Source: Podospora anserina (taxonomy: Eukaryota). Taken from it: a stretch of DNA of 64,000 nucleotides. Of this stretch, positions 26,355 to 36,679 are shown in pieces (position 1 is the stretch's first letter; the number at the start of each line of letters is the position of its first letter). The notes below the pieces were generated by a model, which ran no database searches, was not told where the DNA came from, and worked only from the letters and a program-made list of their open reading frames with translations. A program made the translations under genes and the position numbers. The stretch lies in NCBI GenBank assembly GCA_017654855.1, contig CM030336.1, positions 3,348,001-3,412,000 on the forward strand, written 5' to 3'.

Positions 26355-26859
26355 AAGGGAGTAATGGGTAGAATACACGAGGTGGCTCTTCTCCGTGCAG
26401 AGGTCTCTTCGCTACGCAAGGCCAATGAGGAGCTTAGTAAGAGACGGAGAGCCAAAAATACACGTGTGCGGCTTGGAGGGTCACTTCCTATACAAGAGGC
26501 ACAGGATCGACTGGATCAGAAGGCTGTAGGTGAGCAGGTAATCCAGGAAAATCAACAAAGTGGTGGTGATGCAGGGGAGTCTCGTACCAAGATTCGGTGC
26601 TGTGGTATGTGCGGCAAGCCTGGCCATAATGCACGCACGTGCAAGGAGGCTGCAGAATCGTCTGATTCATCTATTTCTAGTTCAGTTATCGTTGTTTCCT
26701 AGTGTTGTGGTTATATAATTGAGGATAGTTATGGTGGGGTGGTGGAAAGTGTGTCACTCGCTTATCTGTGTCACTCGCTTATCTGTGTCACTCGCTTATC
26801 TGTGTCACTCGCTTATCTATGTCACTCGCTTATCTGTGTCACTCGCTTATCACGCACGT
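26355..26859 (+). mobile_element. 3' fragment of a Fot1/pogo transposon with an expanded terminal repeat
   Basis: The ORF ends in a CCHC motif (CGMCGKPGHNARTC) and is homologous to 28945-29270. It ends ...ACGT|TA. Six tandem 17-mers tgtgtcactcgcttatc at 26750-26851. Confidence 0.88.
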
Positions 26860-27124
26860 TATCTCTTATCTCTTTATCGTATATTGGCCTCTGTTACGAT
26901 AAGTATAGCGCTAGCGTTTTAAGTATCCCACTCAGTACATTTGGAACTTCGCTTAATTCCCTATCTCCACTTCGCGTAATAATAATAAGAACTATAACCA
27001 CTCAAGTCGCTAATCAGCACTGTAACACCATATATAAAAGAGAAACCAATAAACTCCTATATACGCTTACGCTCTCTCTCCGGTACTTAAGTAACGCGAA
27101 GTTATATTCGATTATTTTATAATA

Positions 27125-29359
27125 ACGTATATTATAAGCGAGTCGTACATATAAGCGAGTCGTACAGTCTCTACCACGACGCGTCTTCCTTACACCTAAC
27201 ATTAATTTTTCCACAACCCAACATGCCTCCTACTTTAAAGGAAGCTAGGATACTTTTAGCCCTTGAGGCTCTCCAAAAGGACGAAAAATTAAGCCTCCGA
27301 GCTATAGCTAAGCTTTACAACGTACCACCTATAACTCTCTCTAACCGACGCGCCGGCCGGCCTGCACGACGCGATACTACGCCCAGATCGAAGAAGCTTA
27401 CTTAATCCGAAGAGGAGGCTATTATTCACTATATTATTGAGCTATCTACGCGAGCTTTTCCACCAAGGTTACGTGGTGTGGAAGATATGGCTAACTAACT
27501 GCTGCGCGTACGCGACGCGCCCCCTATTGGTAAGCTCTAGGCATATAACTTCGTTAAACGTTAACTATAGTTCCGTACGCGTTTTACGTGTAGATACGAT
27601 TATTAGAGAGCTAAGTGCGAGGATCCGAAAGTTATTGCCGAGTAGTTTACGTTTGTACGGAATATTAAAGTTAAGTATAGTATTATAAATAACGATATTT
27701 ATAATTTTGACGAGATTAGGTTTATAATAAGTATTATTTTCGTAAGTATAGTGGTTATAACTTTGGACGGCTTTAATAAAGTAAAATTAGTTTAGCTTAG
27801 TAACCGTAAATGGGTAACGGTAATCTAGGGAGTTAATACCTTCGGTTAAGCTATCCCGCCCTTTATTATTTTAGCCGCATAGTATTACCTTGCTAACTAG
27901 TATACCGAGTGTAATTTACCGTTTATTTAGTGTATTATAATTACCGATAATAGTTGGATTACTAATCCGGTAGGTTTAGATTGGATTAAGTACTTCGACT
28001 ATTATATAGCGTCCCGTACGAAGGGCAAATATTAATTATTGATCCTCGATAGCTACGAAAGCCACTACTTAACTGAATTCGAGCGCTACTATTAGTAAAA
28101 TAATATTATTACGCTCTGTATACCTCCACACTCCTCCCACCTCCTCCAGCCACTCGATATTGGCTGCTTTGGGCCGCTAAAATAGGCGTACTGTCACGGA
28201 CCTGATATAAGTGGGGAGCGCGGGGCGCGACCGTCTAACCACTGGAACGGAAAAGTAGGGAAGTCGGATTATTATTAGTGCTAAGGGTAATAATTACGAT
28301 TATTATTAGCCTTCGATAAACGACGAGTGATAATCGACATTATTACTGGTGATAATTGTAATAAACCGGTCTATATATACGGAGGAACTAGCTAGTGTAG
28401 ATAGATAGTTCCGCAGTATGCAATTCAAGCTTGTATTTACGGCATTTTGTATTTATATCGAGATATCTTATTGTGCACTGTTTAGCTGCACCGAACCGAT
28501 TGTTAGAAGTTACCTTTAACCCGTATCCCTTTTAGAGGTTCTGTATAGGGGTTTATTACACGTACGGCCGCTAGATCGAGGGCTTGATGCGCATGTATAT
28601 TAACTACGTAAGTAAGCTCGAGTTTCTTTGTGCCTTCCGCGAGGCTTTCTTCGCCTTTATAACGGAGAAGAATATATAGGGTAGCTTTATAGGTGCTGGC
28701 CTTGTACTATACGATCCAGAGAGGGTACTTTCTAAGCTAGATATAAAGCTTCGTACGCCAATACCCCTATCCTTAAGGCCGGGCACGGCACTCCTTTGGG
28801 TATTCTAAACACCATAAAACCCCCGAGAAGCTAACTCACACTTAACGCTCATTAAGACTCGCATTACTAACCATTAAAATAGCTCCCCGACTTTAATATT
28901 AGGTGCTATAGATCAATTTACTAAGGGTACGATGGCTGTAATGCACCAAGTGGCCCTCTTACAGGCAGAGGTCTTTTCGCTCCGTAAGGCTAATGAGGCA
29001 TTAAGTAAGCGCCGGAGAGCTAAAAAAACACGTGTACGGCTCGGAGGATCACTTACTGTGCAAGATGCACAGGATCTACTAGACTAGAAGGCCGTGGGTG
29101 GGGAGGTAGTGGAAGAAATATAGCTGGATGGCGGTAGTGCAGGGGGGGCTCGTACGACGGTTCGGTGCTGTGGTGTGTGCGGCAAGCCTGGCTATAACGC
29201 GCGCACTTGCTAGGAGGCTGGGGAATTATTTGATTCAGCCGTTTCTAATATAATTGTAGTTGCTTCCTAATGTTATTGCGGTATAATTGAGGATAGTTGT
29301 TGTAGGGTGGTGGAGACTGTACGACTCGCTTATATGTACGACTCGCTTATAATATACGT
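27125..29359 (+). mobile_element. Full-length RIP-mutated Fot1/pogo DNA transposon with ~50-bp TIRs and TA TSD, interrupted by a solo LTR
   Basis: TIR ACGTATATTATAAGCGAGTCGTACATATAAGCGAGTCGTACAGTCTC at both ends, TA at 27123 and 29360. Transposase runs from ATG 27223 to TAA ~29270 with YNFDE, LILD..ESH, PHSSHLLQPLD and a C-terminal CCHC. About 1.86 kb without the insert. Confidence 0.95.
28192..28560 (+). repeat. Solo LTR (369 bp) with perfect 5-bp TSD CGTAC
   Basis: TGTCAC...TTACA termini, CGTAC at 28187-28191 and 28561-28565, and the family core tctatatatacggaggaact. Confidence 0.95.
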
Positions 29360-29429
29360 TACGTTAAATATCTAAAAAGTTATACTTTCTAATCCTTTTT
29401 TCTAAAAACCTAAAAATATAAGCTCGATA

Positions 29430-29625
29430 TACCGAAGTACCTATCTTTTTTACCGCCCGTTTCATTTTCGATTTTTATTTTCTGTCGGCGCTTATATACT
29501 TTAGGTTCATTGGATGATAGAGGGGTGTGAATGTAGAAGATAGGGAGAGAAATCTTCCTCAGTTTTTGGCAGTATATCTTCCGAAATCTGCGTCGGATTT
29601 CCATGGAAATGATAGTCTGGATGTT
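29430..29625. repeat. Unclassified dispersed repeat, copy 2
   Basis: Aligns by eye with 12795-12985. Confidence 0.75.
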
Positions 29626-31399
29626 CATGCACTATTGCAAAGCAAAGGCAGTAGCAAAAATATAGATAAAGGGAAAAGGCGCAAAGCAAAAGGTGGCACA
29701 AGGTGCTCCGGCTTTAACGTCCTTATTGAAGGGTGGTGTTAAGAAGGCGACAAAGTAATACACTAAGAATAAGAAGGAGTGGAGGAAGCTCGTCCAGAAG
29801 GTTAAAGACGAGATTGCGAATGCCCTCAACTGAGATGGCACGGCATATTGCTAGTGGTTTGATCAAGGCCAATAGGCTGTTGGGGGCCTATGCAGGGATA
29901 TGCTAAGGATTGGTAACAATATCTGAGCGTATCTCTGACAAGGTGTTGGAAACAACAAGCTTATCTGTAACATAGGCAGAAGACTGGTTTGTGGATAATA
30001 CTTTACTGTACGGAGAAGTTGCGCACGAAGCGAAAGAGGGGGAAATGAAATATAATAGGTGTCACGGCGGTTGCACCGTGACCGTCGTTGATCCACTGAT
30101 AGAGCTTGGCACGTGCAGAGCACGGGCCAATGTGACTAGAAAGATTTTGCATCTCGCTGCCGCGAGACCTGTTTGTAGCTCTTCGAGCTACGTCTTGACA
30201 ATAGAGCCTGCCCGTACCTGACGGAATAGAGCCCAGACTGTAGCTTAGCTGAATACTACTGTCATTAACCTGTCAACCTGTGCTACCCGTGATAATAGGA
30301 CTGGAAAGGGTGGGTGTAGCAGGCGTTAGTTGCCTCATGGTAGCCTTATACAATATATTGTATAGGTCTGTTATAATGGACCGTTAGAATAGTGTATTGA
30401 AACGGTAAACATGAAAGTGGAGACATAACTGCTAGCTCAGAGGTTTCTGGTATCTATGTCCTCGTAATGATGGTTGTAGTAAGATCAGCATATTTGGACC
30501 CTTCATTAGCAATGTAAAGCTCTCTCGAAGATGGCTAATGTCATGAACAAGTAACTGAAAAGGCTCAACTGCCGCCGGTGCATCAGAAAATCCCTTATAA
30601 TACTAGGCGTCTCTGTGAAGACTGCCCCGAGAGGGACTTCGGTCAGTGGCCACGACGGCTTTTATGACTTCGGAAGGTGGTAGGGCTTTCTCGGGTTGGG
30701 CGATGAGGTTTTCCATCCATTGTGACAGCCTACAGGAGAAGATGGTCGCGTTGGAGGTGGTCAAAACTGCCACCGAGCTGGCAAGTGGTGATACAAGTAA
30801 GAGAATCAGTGAGAGGTGGGCTACGACGAATAAAGTTATGGTCTTAGTTAAACTATATTGTGTAGAAAATCCAGGGAGAAGTGAATATGGGGAAATAATA
30901 ACTAGACAGAGAACAAGAGAGTTCTGGAAGCTCAAATATGGGATAAGCCCGCCTCTTTAACGTTTCTTTAGACCGTATCGTGGAACTTTTAGCAGCTATC
31001 AAAGACACTGAGCGATAGTTAAGCGACACTGTAAAAGAAGGCGGTTTTATGGAGATGTTTGTGTGATTGTGACTCTAATTCTCTGACTACGCGTCATTAC
31101 ACTTTGTGTGCCTGGACTTTGCAGGTTGATAACCACCACCATCTTATTTGGGTCCGTAGTGGGACTTCAAGGCTGTAATAAAACATTGAAGTGACGGAGA
31201 GAGGAAAAGAAAACAGGTCCGTTAAGTGGGAGCGGACTCCCATATATACATGTGGAAAAGGGCACCTTGCCGGACCACCGGCCTCTGGAAAAGCCATGTG
31301 GAAATTGAAACCACCTCCTTAGACACCTCATCTTGCCCTGTCCTTCAACCCTTCAAATAACACTAGGCCCTAGGCCCATAACAGTACGGTACCACTTAG

Positions 31400-32469
31400 C
31401 CACCAATCCTTCATGGTTTGTGAATTCTGTTGTTAGCCCGGAGATCATATGGAACAATCCCGGCGATTTCCCCAACACAGGAAACGTCGGGAACATACTC
31501 ATTCATGGTTGACTTCCCCTGAAATTTCTGACCGGTCGGGGTCGTCCGTTCCCATACGTGGTATATTGTGCTTGGGTACCAATCCCCCTTATCGACCTGT
31601 GTGTCATCATCGTTGCTATATCTGAGCAGTTCATAGTGGCTATGATTGATTCTCCCGTCCCCAAGCAGCTTCCACGTTGTGAGAACGATGCAGATCTGCT
31701 TGGTCTACCTCGGACCCCAAGCCGGGTGCCTGGGATTCGTGCCTGGGGTGGGTGCTATTGCTCAGTGAGAAGTCTGTGAAACAGCGAGAGCAACCCATGC
31801 TATCTATACATTCAGTGTACGGCGAGCAGGCAGATGGGTAGTAGGTATGTCTGCATGATACTTACATAGCTCCTTGGTAAGCACTAGCCTTGCAGTGGCA
31901 GCCGAACTCGTGGCTTAGGAGACATACCAGTGTCTTGTCAAAATCCGCGAATGGCGATTGGTATCCCTGGAGGTATTCACAGCCTTGAGATTTTCAACCT
32001 CCGCTCCAACAAATGGAAACTGCGCATTCCACGAATGGTGATAGTAGATGGCGGTGAGCCCATGATATGTTTGATAAAGCCCACGAAATGTCTCCAGGCT
32101 GATGGGATGCACGTTCGTGCCACAGTCACAACTTCCTAGTCCAGTATTGGAAGTCTTCGGCGGGATGATCAGAAAATCTTTTTGCTTCATCATGAGTGAT
32201 TTGCGATTGATTCAACTGGTAGATCCGTCCTCGTAAAAGGCGAACTTGGTATCAGATATTGCACGTCCCCATGACGCCTGTGGGAACCGCCGTGACACGT
32301 CTGACACTATCTTGCTGAGCAATCCAGAATAGTCTGTTTCCGCTTGCTTTTTGCGCCATACTTCTCCAATCAAAATCAGGCTGGGACCAAGATATGAATA
32401 GTAGTAGAACGTCTTTTTGGGCAGGTCGCAGAGCGTTAGCTCTGGATAGGACACTGGCGTTGGAGGCAT
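31400..32469 (-). pseudogene. Degenerate hypothetical-protein gene (in-frame TGA and frameshift)
   Basis: ORFs 32212-32469 and 31915-32193 are in frame across one TGA. There is a GTATGT donor at ~31928. The downstream segment has CSRCFTDF and VLTTWKLLGDG in different frames. Confidence 0.45.
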
Positions 32470-32732
32470 GTCCTTTGTCCGTAGCTTGTGATACTATGGT
32501 GGTAAGATCCACATGTTGAATGCATTAGCTGTGATGAGGTTGAAACAGGATAGCCTTGATGCTCAAAAGCAGCAGAAGAACAAAGAGCTCATGGGGTGCG
32601 TGGTCTCGGGACTTAAATCCCCGGGACCTTCGAAGCTTGGAATTTTGATAGTACCGTGTGTAGATACCTAGCATGTGGGCTGGGGTTTAACTGGCGTCGC
32701 TGGCGTGGTGAAAGGTTTATTCCACAGTAAGG

Positions 32733-34685
32733 CTAGATAAGAATAAATTCCTGCTCCTCCCGCTTTCCAAGCCACTCGCCATCCATGATCCCCTTGGCGT
32801 AGCATGGTCCAACTAGCCGCCACCGAGCTCCATCAGCTGAACCACCGGCCTCATACGAGGGGATTGCTCGCAAAACAAGAGGTACTGCCAAGCCAGGTAC
32901 CACAACGACCACATCACCAGCAGCCATCTTCTCATCCCCAACACCCAAATAGCCTCTTGAAGCCCTGAAAAAAGCCATTGCGCTGGTTTGCATAAGAAAG
33001 TCTTGGAAGCCCTGCCGCTCCACAGAGATTTCTTCAGGTTCCCTCTCACTTGCTGAAGCTTGCGCCTGTTCCAGCAGCGGCCAGTGCGGCACATCCACAT
33101 CACGCTTCAACGTGCCATAACCAGGCGCCATACCCCAAGACAAAGCCGAGTCAACAGCTTCCGACAGAGTTCCACCACCGACATATGCCTCTTCAACCAC
33201 GTCTCCATCAGGCTGAGGGAACACGAACCGCGCCAACGACCTTATCCACGGCCCAAAGATTGGCTGCCAAAACTCAGTCTTGGAAGTGTAATCACCCCAC
33301 TGCAATGGCCGCCTCATCGAAGGATAAATCCCAACAACCACATCAACCTTCACTCCCCACACCGACAGAGTTTGCGCCACCTTGTTGAGAGAAAACCGTG
33401 GCTTTTTGCCCGATGATTTCCCTCCCCCTGCGTCATACACCTCCGTTGTGCGATAAGGAACAGAGTACACAAACCGATAAAAGTTCGGCACCCAGCTCTT
33501 GAGCCCTTTATACTGCCCCGCTGAACAAAACAACAGCACATCCAGCTCCTTTGTCGTCTCGATGATCAAGGTCGCCACATCCATGTAGACATCCTCTGTT
33601 GGCAGCTCATAATCTACCCTCACAGAATTGAAGATATCGCCGTCTTTCTCCCCATAAATATCCCTCGCTATGTTCATCATAGCATAAACCTTGTCCACGG
33701 GCCATCGAGCATCAAGACTATTAGTCTTGACCATCAAATCCAACAACGACAGCCCCCCCTTCCCATGTTGCCGGAGCAGGGTTAGTTCCTGCAGGTACGC
33801 AATATCAACATTTAGCGGACTCGGACTAGGGATTTTATTCAACCCCAACTCCAACATATGCGAATGAAACACCCCGTTCGCCACCTCCAAAGCTTCAAAC
33901 CAAAGCGCGTGGCCACCCATCCAGAACTCACGGGGTACATTCGGTGTGGAGGCTTCCTGATAAATCCAGGATCTCTTCCAGTAGCTCAACCGAGTCACAG
34001 CTTCGAGACAGGCACAGTCCACCTGGTTCACGATCTTTAACAGAGAAGTAGGCGAGATATCAGGTAGCTGGCTGTTCGCCCATGCAACGGCGACGCGTTG
34101 GTAGGTATCCATTGCGTGCCCTGTCGGGTAGGCAGGCCAGAGGTTCTCCGGGAAGGGGGCGTCAAGGGTAAGCTTGTGTTCCCTGACGGGACCTAACCAA
34201 ATGATGATTCGGGAGGCGGAGGCGTAGATCTGGGACATGATCTTTAGCTGGGCGGTCTTTTCTTTTTTGGCAATTTCTTCGTCGGCTTGGTTGATGCAGA
34301 TTGCGTCGATCCAGATGTAGCCTACGTTGGCTGCCCGGCGGGAGGTTGCTCCGTTGTGAGATGGGACTAGGTCAGGACGGGCCTGGCGGAGGAAGGCGTA
34401 GAGGTTTGACTGGTGGATGGGGAAGGTTTCGGGAGTGGAGTCAGGGGAGGCGATGTTGAGTGTTTGAGGGGGGCGAAGCCTTTCTTTTTCGTCACCCCAA
34501 GTGTAGGAGAGGGCGGTGTAGGGAGGCGGGGGACCGGAAAGATCATGGTGGGTGAGTGTTGCTGCGATTGACCCGTCTGGAGCGGGGTGGTCTGGTTGAA
34601 GTTTTTCCGAGCATGGCCACTCTAGACGGAGGAGGCGGATGTGGCCCTGTTCAAGAGGGGCATGCTTGTATGTGAATTCCGTCAT
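32733..34685 (-). CDS. HET-domain protein (HET-6-like)
   Basis: IRLLRL, YTALSYTWGD, IWIDAICINQ, MSQIYASA...IWLG, YWKRSWIYQE, DKVYA and LVGPCY..GIMDGE. Likely ATG at 34685. Confidence 0.92.
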   Translation of the reverse strand: MTEFTYKHAPLEQGHIRLLRLEWPCSEKLQPDHPAPDGSIAATLTHHDLSGPPPPYTALSYTWGDEKERLRPPQTLNIASPDSTPETFPIHQSNLYAFLRQARPDLVPSHNGATSRRAANVGYIWIDAICINQADEEIAKKEKTAQLKIMSQIYASASRIIIWLGPVREHKLTLDAPFPENLWPAYPTGHAMDTYQRVAVAWANSQLPDISPTSLLKIVNQVDCACLEAVTRLSYWKRSWIYQEASTPNVPREFWMGGHALWFEALEVANGVFHSHMLELGLNKIPSPSPLNVDIAYLQELTLLRQHGKGGLSLLDLMVKTNSLDARWPVDKVYAMMNIARDIYGEKDGDIFNSVRVDYELPTEDVYMDVATLIIETTKELDVLLFCSAGQYKGLKSWVPNFYRFVYSVPYRTTEVYDAGGGKSSGKKPRFSLNKVAQTLSVWGVKVDVVVGIYPSMRRPLQWGDYTSKTEFWQPIFGPWIRSLARFVFPQPDGDVVEEAYVGGGTLSEAVDSALSWGMAPGYGTLKRDVDVPHWPLLEQAQASASEREPEEISVERQGFQDFLMQTSAMAFFRASRGYLGVGDEKMAAGDVVVVVPGLAVPLVLRAIPSYEAGGSADGARWRLVGPCYAKGIMDGEWLGKREEQEFILI

Positions 34686-34882
34686 CTTGTTTCTCTTTTG
34701 GCAGGTTGTGAGGAATAAGAACAACGCGGTCAAGTTGAGCTGAGGTATTAACGGTCGTCCTGAAGCCAGTGAGGCTCAGCAGGCTCAGGTTGAATGCTGA
34801 GCTGAAGGAGGAGTCCTTGGCATCGACTATCGTCAGCTGACATGCCAGGTGATATCAACCTTGCCTCAGAATTGTATCTTCC

Positions 34883-36292
34883 TCAAGCCAAACATTTCCG
34901 ATGAACGACTGACGGCCCCATCTCATCATACTCCTGACTTGATATGCACATATCCTTAAAGGTCGACAACGACGCGAGCACTGAACCTCCCACCCACGTC
35001 AGGTATTTCATCCCAGGCGAGGCTACAACTTTGACGGACATATATGACGGGGCCATTTCCACGATCTCCTTCTGCAGCCTATCTGCGAATCCAGAAAACA
35101 TCATGTTCCCACCAGCCAGGTAAATACTACCAAACAGTTCCTTTTGAATGCTGGAGTCGCATTTCATGATGGCATCACACACCAAAGCATGTATTCCCCT
35201 GCTTTCAAGACCTAGTACCGATGGCCGAAACATAGCTTCAGGGCCTCGAAAACGCTCGTTGGTCAGGTTGATTACCTGCCCATCAGGAAGCTCGTGCGAG
35301 ATTTCATGAAGCTGAAACGTAGGACCTGACTCCCTTTCCACCCACAATCGTGTCTCGTTCTCAAAGTCAAACGCAGTGTAACAACGCAAATGTTTGAGGT
35401 TCTCGACAACCTCGTGCTCCCTCGTGGTGGGGACGAAGTTGTGGCCGCTTTCTCTCAGGAGCTTGATCATGTAATCGGTAATGTGACGTCCACCGAGGTC
35501 AAGTCTGCTTATCGAATCTCGGACTGGGACTCCAAGCCGTTCATGGCCACCATGTACTAATGGAACTGCGTGGGTCACGCTATCCCCAGAGTTAACCACG
35601 AGCCCCGTAGTCCTTCCCATGCCGTAGAGTGCCAGCGATGGGTTGAGTGCCACATGGAAGGCAGGAACGTTGAATGTTTCAAAGATGATTTGTGTCATTT
35701 TTTCCCTGGAAGAACAGTCAGTTTTTCCGTCAGGTTAATTCGGTCAGATAGTGGCAGCTTACTTGCTGGTATCGGGAGTGAAAAGAGCATGTTCCATCAA
35801 AATGGGGTGCTCGTGGGGCTCAACACGCAGTTCGTGGTAGAGTGCATGATGCCATATTGCTTCAACGTCCTGCCAGTCTGTGATGACGCCTTGTTCTATC
35901 GGGTAGCAAAGTTCGAGGATCCCTCTTTTCGACTGAGCTTCGTCACCAACATAGTTTTCCTTGCCGCAAACATCAGCGGAGGTCCTGTAAAGATGGATGG
36001 TCAGCCGGAACACCCTGACAGCCCGGGGCGCAGACGCACTTATGGTCCTTTGGTCTCCCGACAACAGACGCTGGTGCAGATGTCAACAGTTCCTCTGTTG
36101 CAGTATTGGACCGTTTGAGATACATACGGAATACGGTGGTTGGGTAGTCATCACCAGCGAAGCCAGCCTTCATGATTAAAGATCTATACGTTGCACATCA
36201 TAATCAGTCAGTCTTTCCTGCCACGTCAAAGGCCTTGCCATGAGGATCACTCACCCAGTATCAATCACAATAGCCGGGGCTGTGTCCTCCAT
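34883..36292 (-). CDS. Divergent actin paralog (5 exons, 389 aa by my splice model)
   Basis: [61 protein letters not shown] and EYDE.GPS.VHRKC. Introns at 36184-36254, 36071-36127, 35985-36039 and 35706-35762 give 1170 nt with no internal stop. Confidence 0.92.
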
Positions 36293-36679
36293 ATCGATGT
36301 AAAAGAAGGATGGAAACACCTGATGACAATGCTTAACTTGGTTGTCGCTGTAGTTGCTGAGTGGAAATGTTGAGAGGATTGCCACTAAACCAACAAGCAC
36401 ATTCTGGGAGGGGTAAGCACCTTCGGCCAACAAGATTGGCCGAAGGGATGGTCTTGATGCTCCACAATATGCTGAGATGTTGGGACCTTGTGCGGGGCTG
36501 TGCCACCATGTAATGAAAAAGGTTATGCAGGCTTAATGATACTTCGATACAACAATTACAGCGGAAACAAAACATCAATCATCCCTCAATCCAGCTTTCA
36601 TCCAACCTCTGTCTATCAATAGTCACGATACACCTCCCACTCGCCTCGACCCCCGGCGTTCCCACCGTTATCCGCCCAC

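Noticed and set aside
26750-26851. 17-bp array (also the 40-bp and 126-bp arrays) as a CRISPR-like locus
   Set aside because: No spacers and a eukaryotic context; explained as TIR, LTR and WD40 repeats.
26719-27122. Repetitive ORFs (CHSLICVTRLSVSLAYL)
   Set aside because: Translation of the 17-mer terminal array.
29750-31100. Several 70-110 aa ORFs on both strands
   Set aside because: No motifs or consistent splice model; cannot support a gene call.
35973-36173. Apparent frameshifts in the actin-like gene
   Set aside because: Fully resolved by canonical GT-AG introns.
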